A DNA stretch of 32,773 bases from Perkinsus olseni (lineage: Eukaryota), in contig JABANN010000397.1 of NCBI GenBank assembly GCA_013115125.1, positions 1 through 32,773 on the forward strand. Reading direction: 5' to 3'. Of this stretch, positions 1-8,900 are shown in pieces. The position numbers were made by a program, and so were the translations under genes. How positions within the stretch are numbered: the first letter of the stretch is position 1; the number at the start of each line of letters is the position of its first letter. The notes beneath the pieces are model-generated. The model searched no databases. It was not told the DNA's origin and saw only the letters and a list, made by a program, of their open reading frames with translations.

Positions 1-181
1 ATCGTAACTGGCACGTGGCCGTATTGAGGAATGTTCATTCAGATTCGAGCCAGAAGAGAGGGGAACGCCGAGGTAGAGAGAACCCCGAGAGAGGCTCCGC
101 ACTGAACACATCACAATCGTCTGACACCAACAGCGTAACATCATGAAGTGGTTGCATAGCCTAACATACCGTGGGCCTACA

Positions 182-2551
182 TCAGCTATACAAGACTCTG
201 TGTAGTTGTATCTTAACGGTGGACATAGTGAGATTCCCAGCTTGTCCAATAGGATCTATTCTATTGAACTTCAAATAACAATCGCTACCCGTTGCCCTAC
301 CACAAATACGGAAAGATGTTGGAGGAATAGACTGGGCTCTGATACATGCTTGGAGGATGGGGATGTCGAGTGAATGGACGTCGCCAGAGAGATCGAGTTG
401 AAGGCAGCCGTCGTCGTCCGGCACCGCCATCACGTCGTGGAAGTACAGTGGCTCCTCATAATTACACAGCATGAAGACCAGCTTCACCCAAAGACGATCG
501 GGGCCCGGCTCAGTTTTGACGTACATGGCGACTTCCTTCACGCTGTCGAGTCCAGTGGCGTCTGTCTCATAAGCACCATCGTGTATCTCTGTTGAAAGAG
601 ATGACGTATCATCCCCCTCATAAGGATACCTCTCAGCAACTCCTGTAGGGTCTATTGGAAGCGGGGAGTTGGTGGCGGGTGGTCGTGAGTCGACTGAAGG
701 CACACTAGGGCCTGTGTTCTGATGAGCTTCGATGCCGAACACTTCAGGGAGTTGATGCTCACCCAAACCAGATGTAGACCGCCTACCGCCTGACTCGCGA
801 TGATGCCCATCAAAGCCTGGTGCCAAGTCCATTACTTGATCAGGGAATGACGCGGAGACAGCTCCTGGCGGGTCGAATAAAGATTCCAGCAAATCCTCGT
901 TTGAGCTCGAATACTCTTTGTCGCTACTTTCGAGGCTACCGTCGTCACCATGATCATCATCAGTCTCTTTTGCGATCACTTCATAAAGTTTATGAAGTTT
1001 AACTACAGACGGACTAGACACTCCTTTGTCCTCTCCCATATCATCATTTTCATGTACGCCTACTGTCATGGCTCCCACTTGAGGTAATGGTGAATGCGCG
1101 ACGTCCGATGGCCTTATTGGCAAAATGGAGGAACCTCCAGGAGAGCGTGAAACTTGTTCAGGTCGTGCTATATTAGACATCCCAACGCCAGTGGGATTTT
1201 CCTTCAGGCTCCTCGCTGAAGGTCTCTCGTCTTTCTTGAGCCGTTTAATTGATGGTGTCGTTGGAGGGGCAGAACGCTTCCTTCTACTCATTGGAATAGC
1301 CCCTTTGGAAGGCTCTACCACACCTCGTTGATCATACCATGATGGCGGCGCCATAGGGTTAGGAGACAATAGGAAGCCGTAAGCAGAAGATTGCCAACGC
1401 GTGGCTCCATTCCTTCCCATACCAACAATGAAGCCGTCGTCTCTTACGCAAATGATGAGCTGCATGGACACTTTACCAAGTGGTGGTCTACCCTTGCCCA
1501 GAAACACGATCAGGCTTTTCACGAAGTCTTTAACTGCACCCTTATTAATCGGGGATAAGCATCTTGGGGGCCTACCGACTTCCATCAAGCCACACTTTTG
1601 CAAGGGGCGGACATGATCAACGCTATACCAGACTAGGTCCGCCTCGTCACTGCTAATAGACCACTGGCCGTCCGGTGACGCAGAGTCTAAGCCTCGAGCA
1701 GTGAAACTAGCTACCGGATCATCGCCATCCATACTGATCAGCATCTTGAAGTCCGTCAGGTTGGGGAATGGGGGGCTCACGATACTCCCGTGTACTTCAA
1801 TCGCCGTGTACGTCTCAGCTGGGAGGCTAACTGCCTGTACACGTTCCCTACCACCACCCCTCTTGATTCGATCTTCGGCTTCATTGAAGAGTATAGTATG
1901 GATGTGATCGTCCGTGCTCTCGGTCGCCCCAGATGTCGCAGACACGGCCGCCATATCCGCCGATTGTTGTCGCTCCAGCAGAATACCGTATTCAGTGTAG
2001 TTCCACTGTTTGCGTACATTTCCTTTAATACCAAGAATAATCCCTAATTCAGTATCGCAAACGATGATGTTCCTCGGAGATCTCGCCGATGACGGAGTCT
2101 GCAAGTGAAGCCTGGCGTAGAGTTCATCACCAAATTGATGGAGTAGAGTAGTGGTTCCAGAGGAGCCATGAAAGCACTTGGGTCGCCATCGGATTGAGAA
2201 GGACCCGAATCGTCTCAGAGAACGCACGGTGCCGGGCTCGTACCATACCAAATCAACCTCTCCGGCACTACCAATTGCCCACGGTGTACTGCTGCTGGAA
2301 GGTCCACCATCCAGGCCTCCCGCATAGAACCTGGCTACCTGGCCATGCAAACCGTCGGTAACCACCATCTTGAAGGCAGTAAGCATGGGAAGGTCGGGGC
2401 ATATGAAGCTCCCGCCCTGTATAACCGCGCTGTAATTCCCCGCGGGGAGGTCCACAGGCTTAATATATGACGGACCGGCTCCCATTTTTCTGTCGGCGGT
2501 TGCATACACTGTGCCCGCGAGGGAACAATACAGAAGAAGAGATGCTTTCAT
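182..2551 (-). CDS. Intronless lineage-specific secreted protein with two duplicated N-terminal domains, a basic NLS-like patch, an acidic low-complexity linker and a C-terminal globular domain
   Basis: Open frame of ~790 aa from ATG 2551 with a signal-peptide-like start (MKASLLLYCSLAGTVYA). Internal duplication: LPAGNYSA..PDLPMLTAFKM..EVDLVWY versus LPAETYTA..PPFPNLTDFKM..EADLVWY. Basic patch RRKRSAPPTTPSIKRLKK. Confidence 0.8.
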   Translation of the reverse strand: MKASLLLYCSLAGTVYATADRKMGAGPSYIKPVDLPAGNYSAVIQGGSFICPDLPMLTAFKMVVTDGLHGQVARFYAGGLDGGPSSSSTPWAIGSAGEVDLVWYEPGTVRSLRRFGSFSIRWRPKCFHGSSGTTTLLHQFGDELYARLHLQTPSSARSPRNIIVCDTELGIILGIKGNVRKQWNYTEYGILLERQQSADMAAVSATSGATESTDDHIHTILFNEAEDRIKRGGGRERVQAVSLPAETYTAIEVHGSIVSPPFPNLTDFKMLISMDGDDPVASFTARGLDSASPDGQWSISSDEADLVWYSVDHVRPLQKCGLMEVGRPPRCLSPINKGAVKDFVKSLIVFLGKGRPPLGKVSMQLIICVRDDGFIVGMGRNGATRWQSSAYGFLLSPNPMAPPSWYDQRGVVEPSKGAIPMSRRKRSAPPTTPSIKRLKKDERPSARSLKENPTGVGMSNIARPEQVSRSPGGSSILPIRPSDVAHSPLPQVGAMTVGVHENDDMGEDKGVSSPSVVKLHKLYEVIAKETDDDHGDDGSLESSDKEYSSSNEDLLESLFDPPGAVSASFPDQVMDLAPGFDGHHRESGGRRSTSGLGEHQLPEVFGIEAHQNTGPSVPSVDSRPPATNSPLPIDPTGVAERYPYEGDDTSSLSTEIHDGAYETDATGLDSVKEVAMYVKTEPGPDRLWVKLVFMLCNYEEPLYFHDVMAVPDDDGCLQLDLSGDVHSLDIPILQACIRAQSIPPTSFRICGRATGSDCYLKFNRIDPIGQAGNLTMSTVKIQLHRVLYS

Positions 2552-2710
2552 TGTTAAGGGCCGCACAAGACTTCCTGCAACTAGACTGCCAACCCGGAAA
2601 TGACACTTTTGGAGCTACTCAGGTGCGATGTCGATAGGAAATTCCAATTTGGAATAGTGGCAAAATTATCAGCAGCGCGCCCAGTTGGAACACTCGAAAA
2701 GAATTTTCCG

Positions 2711-2731
2711 GGTGGTGGTGGTGGTGGTGGT
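2711..2731. repeat. (GGT)7 microsatellite
   Basis: Read directly from the sequence, ~160 nt upstream of the 182-2551 gene. Confidence 0.9.
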
Positions 2732-3030
2732 GATAGCCGGGTAAATCCGAGCGGAATGGCGAAGATTCAAAGAAAGAGAAAAATTCACAAGACAACCGAA
2801 AGGCAGAGTTGCACGGAGCCGATCTGCCACTAAAGGCAACACGGACATCAGGACCTTTCTTGAAGAGTTTCAATTCTTCGACGGAAATCACTTCCCTGTG
2901 ATGAGTTTGTATGTACCCGGCCTCTGTTTTCTCCCCTCTCCGGACTTTATATGGCCAGTCTTGTGCTGAGTCTTTGAGGGACCCACTTCTTCTCTCTCAA
3001 TACTTTGATATTATCAAAGTACCTCGAGCG

Positions 3031-3052
3031 ACAAGAAGTTCTTGTCAAGAAC
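3031..3052. mobile_element. Putative hAT-type transposon excision footprint (target ACAAGAAC)
   Basis: ACAAGAA+GTTCTTGT+CAAGAAC = TSD[1-7]+revcomp(TSD)+TSD[2-8]. Confidence 0.65.
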
Positions 3053-4220
3053 GTGAGGCGAGTGCTGAGACTGCCTTAGCATGGTGAACTTCCTTCAATC
3101 TTCTTCTCGCGTTGTCATCACCTGATACCATGGGCACTGGAAATCCCTGCTCTCCGCTTATCGTCATCGTATTTGAACCGAGTTCAACTCGGTGCGGAGA
3201 GCTGGTGCGGTGTGAGAGCGGGATTGCGTCTGAGTATCCTATATCCGAGTTGGGGTAATTAGCTCGTGCGAGAAGAGTTATCTGCAAAGGAACGTGTCGG
3301 TGCTTCCAAATGAACCATATGGAACGGCCTAAACGGATAGGAAGGGCGGGAAGCGTAGTTTCAGATGGTGAAAGTCCGCTACTTACAGTCATGACGAGCG
3401 TGTTGAGATCAACGCCTGCCCGCGTGGCGTTATTGATAGCCTCCTCAGCAAAACGATCTGTGTTGAAAGTCGAGATCTCTTCAAAGTAGCTCGGTCCTAT
3501 GGTGACCAAGTAAGTGTCCGCTATCTTCCCCAATCCGTTATCGTTAACTATCTGCCACTCATGACTTGAAAACCTACGATCCGTCATCGAAGAACAAGCA
3601 CACCTCGATCAGAATGAGGCGAGAAGAATCATTCTCGAGTGCGGAGGTTACAAGTCTAACGAAGGCTTACCATAGTGAAGACTCTTCACTGAAGAGAGAA
3701 GGCTCAGTTCCTTGATGCCTTGAAGACTTCTTCAAGAAATGGAATCGAAGCGAACCCTTCGGTTAATAGCTGCAAGCCGTCCACAGGGAAGTCCTTGGTG
3801 AACATGGCCGCGCTCTCGAGAAAGGCTGCCTTGTCGAAACTTTCCTCGCCGTATCCTCTCAAGTCGGCCAGTATCCTCCCTCCTACTTTATCCACTTGCT
3901 TCCTCAACACCTCGGATCCTGTCTTATTCCAAGAGGCGTGGTACCCGAAATGTAATGTAATTCTGCTTGCTCTGATGGCGTATCCTTCGAGCGCGAATGT
4001 TCTCACGCCAATGTTGATAACCGGAATAGTAGTCCCAGGTGTAATTGGCTTCATCGGGCCACACAGTGTAACACGTCGGTGCTTCTTTGATGAACCACGG
4101 GTTTTTGATTGCCTTGTAGAGCTCTGGGTGGTTATTGATAGAAGAGCCAAATTCGGCTTTTCTCTGAGAAGTAGCCACGCCCAGGGAGCACAGTGGCAGG
4201 AGCTGCAGGATGGTCCTCAT
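3045..4220 (-). pseudogene. Frameshifted secreted GH18/chitinase-like (probably non-catalytic) gene
   Basis: Signal peptide MRTILQLLPLCSLGVA at 4220. The protein-like path switches frame near 4020 and near 3715, and has a +14 insertion at 3675-3696. VGGRILADLRG, FPVDGLQL and AGVDLNTLVMT resemble degenerate GH18 barrel strands without the DxDxE motif. GT-AG introns are present. The 3' end is uncertain. Confidence 0.5.
3675..3696. mobile_element. Putative hAT-type transposon excision footprint (target GTGAAGAG)
   Basis: GTGAAGA+CTCTTCAC+TGAAGAG. Removing 14 bp restores the frame across the adjacent intron (ELSLLSSL-W-FSSHEWQ). Confidence 0.7.
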
Positions 4221-4452
4221 GAGTAATGGAGGTTGCGGAACTGCCGAATACGGAGCAGACCGTTGGGTAGGTTATCTAGGGCGCTGCTCTATGGGCCCAT
4301 AGTATGGGCCAGCAGGAGCTTAGCGCAGCGTGTTCTCCTCAGGTGCGTTGTTTCTTCTGAATCGTGTGACACGGTGGCAAGGAACACGATTCGTTTCCCT
4401 TGGCGCCATGTCTCTTCTCCATGGCGGCTCATCAGGCCCTATGGCCGACGCA

Positions 4453-5540
4453 TTAACGAGAAAGACGAACCCTCAGGGTAAGCAGTCTCCCATGCCTGTT
4501 CTGCCTGGTCTTACGGGTAGCTCGCATAGCAAGGCGGGAAGGGACAAAATTTGTGTCTTTCCCCAGGAACCTGTTTTTCACACGAAGGTCCTCGGCAGAA
4601 GTATTCCAGCTCCGCAGAGCATCTCTCTTTGTACCCTCTCGGTTAAAGCAAATGTTCCAGAGTCTGGGCCCCGGGGTCTCGATTTTGGATTTGGTCTCGG
4701 TATGGAGACGATTGTTCGAGGCAATGGTTGGAGGGAGGCATCGTGCCTCCCTTTCCTCAGGCATGAATACCGAGTCCAGCCATCATCTTTCTCAATGAGA
4801 CGTGTCCGTCGCGCCGTTTGCGCCTGCCTGTCGGACAGACTCTGTCCCCCATATTCACCAGTGGCAAAGCAACACTGCGTTCCCTGGCGAGACAGGCCAA
4901 ATCTCAGCCCGGGTTCACTGCATGTACACCCAGTATAGATGTAGCAATCGTATTATTGAAGTACCAGGGTGGACGACCGTAATACACTGATACAGTGATA
5001 CAACAACGACGGATACGGCAAGCAACCAGCGCTAGAGACAGTTGATCTTTACACGCAGAAAACAAGCTCAGTCACATCTTATCTTCTTGCTGCCTCAGCG
5101 ATTCTCTGTTTCACACCGAAGCAGAGCTTCAATAACCCTGATGATCCCGATAGATATTTTGATGAGGAGGCGCCTTCGTTCAGTGGGAAGGGTACTTGTA
5201 CGTCCCCACTGACCGATTTCTGATGCAATTCCCTGTCTGTTCGCATTGAAAATCCTCGTGGCCCGGCTGATGAAATCCCGTCATTGACAGGATGTGTTCG
5301 TGTTGACAACACGCATATCCTTCAAGAAGCGTGTGGGCCGAAGGTGCGACGTTGCGTCTTACCGCCGTAGGGGCATCGATGACGACGGGGGAGAGAGTGG
5401 TCGCGTGGCAATCTCCTCAACCGAGCTCATCTTCATACAGGGTGCCAGCGTAAAAAGGGCCCACCCCTCATAAAATGTTGGGTCGGACGAGTTAGAAGTT
5501 GTAACGTACACCAATCGAGAGCACTCGTCGAGCTCTACAT
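4453..5540 (-). pseudogene. Possible degraded gene relic of unknown family
   Basis: Short protein-like minus-strand fragments (RLVYVTTSNSSDPTFYEGWALFTL; PRLWNICFNREG) that cannot be joined into an intact model. Confidence 0.25.
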
Positions 5541-5735
5541 AACTCGGTTCTCACATAACTTGGTTTCTTTTGATTACATTCACTAGTAGATAAGCCCATT
5601 GTTTTGGATTTGGAGATGCTCGATAACAACAATAGAAACCAAGCGGGAGGAGTTTTTCGTTCGCCGGTGACAAGTTGCCCTGTCAGCTCAGAGCAGCCCT
5701 AAGCTCCCACCAAATTCCCTCCGCTCCCGGAAGTA

Positions 5736-5757
5736 GTAGCAACTTGCTACTAGCAAG
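5736..5757. mobile_element. Putative hAT-type transposon excision footprint (target GTAGCAAG)
   Basis: GTAGCAA+CTTGCTAC+TAGCAAG = TSD[1-7]+revcomp(TSD)+TSD[2-8]. Confidence 0.65.
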
Positions 5758-5937
5758 TTTTGCCCACGAAACGGCGTCCACCGGGACCCAGCCACCGCAG
5801 CACTATCGATCAGCGAATCATTGAGGTGCCGTTCGCCTTCCCTGGATGCGGCTATGAAGTGACCCATCCGTCTTTCACTCGGAGCCTCAAACAAAGCAAG
5901 ATAGAACATTGGAAACAACGATACAGCGCTTGACATG

Positions 5938-8900
5938 TTACATGACGGCAAAGACAATCATAGAAAGGACTAGCATGGGGTTGAGCGGAAGCCCCGAGGC
6001 TCTCCCTATGTGAGGGATGATCAAGTCCGTCACCCAGAACCCCTGCACTGTCATGTTGGCATCGACATTGCGGATAACACCTTCATTATTTACCTAAGCG
6101 CTGAGAATACCGACCGCTGCAGCATAATAGTTGCTCATACTCGGGTTGTGAAGGACCAAAATGGAGGGTTCGTATCAGTAATGGAACGATTAGCATTGGA
6201 CTTGGCGTTAATGACGTCAACTCGCATGACATATCGATATCGCTGCAGACCAGCCCCCGGGGGGAAACGTACTGTGAGGACGTTCTCCGAACCTCCGCAC
6301 TGATCAAGACGCATGCAGCTGGTGCCCTGAGCGAGAGCGGTCTCACCGTGGTCCCGACTGGAGGGAAGACATAGTCGTCTGGGATCTCGTAGCCCGGGAT
6401 ACCACTCGCCTCGGGCTTCATGTTGAAGTGGGAGCAATTGGTGGGAAAAGTAAATCCCTATGGAGAGCCATGTCAACCTCCAAGATACGCACAAATTACT
6501 GATGGTGCGGTAAGGACGATTTCGTTGCCAATATCTGCACGGTTCATAATAGTAGACGGGAGGAAGTGGACCGCGATGTTGTTCCGATGCCTTTTATACG
6601 TGAACTCGGGAACTATACTCGCCTGAAATCCGCAGAGCACCAAGCATTGAGACGCAACTCCACAGATACCTCCACTAAGCCGGTGATGTCGAAGCCCGGG
6701 ACACCAAGGCGAATGTCGATGAAGAGACCGAGCGGGGAGAGGAGACGGAAGTCCCATGTATTGGGTTGGGGAGTGAACTGCGGGTTACGGACATACCTGG
6801 AATTATTATGACCGAGGCGCCTGATAGCCGACGTACACTTTTATCTGAAACTCCTCGTTGGCCTCCTTCTCATCGAGGGCATCAAACTGGAACTGTACTT
6901 TATCAGAGTCGGGCGTGCAAGTGGTCGTAGGCCCCAAGTTAATATACGACACGAAGGCGCAGGTGAAGATAAAGCCCTGAAGGCCGACCGAAGGATGACT
7001 GACAAGTCGCGCGCTGCTCCCTCCCCCACCGGCGGCCCGTCTATCATAACGATCGTGTTGCCAGGTAGTATCTTCACGCTCTTTAAAGTGAAAGTGAGGA
7101 GATTCAGAGGCTCTCTCTGACTTGTCTTCTCAGCATCGATTTTGGCCGTATCCAAAAGCTTGAGTTCGAATCCTGGTACATCCTGACCAACCCAATAAAG
7201 CCGCTAATCAACCTAAGATTCTCACTTCTTTCAGGTGCAGTATGACGCCAGCCATTTGCGTCTCGAACTGGAAAACATTCTGCCCAGCAGGAGGGAGGGC
7301 CGGAGGATTTATGGCGCCCACTTGGAAGGCGTAGTCCAAACCATACTCCAGATTCTTGTCCACCTAACAAAGACTTGTGTGTATCTTATCCCACTTCAAC
7401 ACTAATTCCCTCGAAATTTGGTATTGACGATTGGATTCAGCCCAGAACCATACACTTTTCCAACGCAGCTTTCCTCCACTCACGGACCTCAAGATTTCGC
7501 AAGATATCGATCTCGGAAGTATACACGAGAGGGAGATGCTATACAGCGCCTCACAAGGAGCTCAACCACCGTCATCGAATTCAATGAACTTCTCCGACTC
7601 ACCGCCAACTCGACGAACATGAGGCCTTTTTCCGCGTCCATGCCTGACTCGCAGAGAGACCCCGCTGGAAGGGCCACGAAAGTTTTCGTCAGCTGGAAGA
7701 ACGAGTCCGTTCCCACGTATCTTGGAGGTTGGAAGAAGGCCGTCGCCCCCCCAGCAGCAGTACAGACTGAGTACCTCTGATATTCCAAGTTGAAACTCCT
7801 AAGGCCACAGCTGTCATCCACGGGTTCGAATCCTGGTGGGAACCATATTCGGAGATAAGAAGTCGGATTGACCTGATTCACCGAGCACCCCCTTTCGAAT
7901 GCCCGAAGCACTCAGAAGAGGGAGCCACTGCATGGCGAGGGCAGCATCGGAAGGCCTCATCCAGCTTCATGCAGGCTTCGTCCGACACGAGCGGAGTGCC
8001 AACCGAGTGAGGGCTACATTCGTCCTTTCCTCCGCCACTTACGTCTTCTCGCGGCAGGTCAGACTCCAAGACGAACCATATTCCGACCGTGTTCTCGACA
8101 GCTGGGGAGCTCACACGAGAGGCAACCTCGGCTCTGCGGAAGCTGCCATGAATCTTGAATCCCGGCACATCGTAGTTAACATCAGATTTATTGTACCTAC
8201 ACCGTCGATGACCATAGTCAACCTAAGGTGCGCAGCCTACAAGCTTAGTGGATTAAGCGATAGCGTTTCGAATCGCCAAATGTTGAGGTCATCGGGTGGT
8301 GAAATGTGAGGGTTCGAGACCGTCATTCTCAGCACCAACTCCACGTCCCTCCTCAAAGGCTCATCCTTGCTGTCTATCTGCACTTGATTACCGCTGAACC
8401 TAGCAGACAGGCCATCTACCGGCCGCTGTAAGCGCTGCTGCCCACCTCCAATCCACCTTCCTCGGGAAGTCGCCGGCAGTAGAAACCTCCCGAACCGTGG
8501 CGCTGTCCCGGGCGAACTCTGGCGGGTACGTGATAGCCAGCCGACAGGGCGGGTTAACCTACGTGTAGCTGCAGCGCCAAAACAAATAGGAGTCTCACTT
8601 GTGTCGACAGTCTCAGACGTATCTCAACAATGTTGTCGCTGATGCTGACTTTAGTCTGGTCCGGAGAGATGAGGTCCACGTAGATGACCCCCAGTTGGTC
8701 GAATCCCGTACTGGTCTTCCGATCGAGGATAGTCTTGGAGGAGTCCGAGTCCCGAGTAACGAAGCTCCAGCGATTGTCCAGTTGAGCTGAGGAAGAAGGT
8801 CAGCGCCAGCAGGACTTCTCAGAACCATGGACGAAGCGCAGAAAGGACCAAGTCGCAGCAGCCCAATAAAGTTGTTATAAGGGCATTCGAGAGTGTGTGT

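Noticed and set aside
5537-5565. ACATAACTCGGTT/ACATAACTTGGTT repeat pair as a CRISPR-like or regulatory array
   Set aside because: Only two short copies 16 nt apart, in a eukaryotic context; a simple local duplication.
7818-7839. tRNA T-arm-like GGTTCGAATCC on the plus strand (also 7162-7177)
   Set aside because: It is the antisense of the recurrent PGFE coding motif of the giant protein, and there is no cloverleaf.
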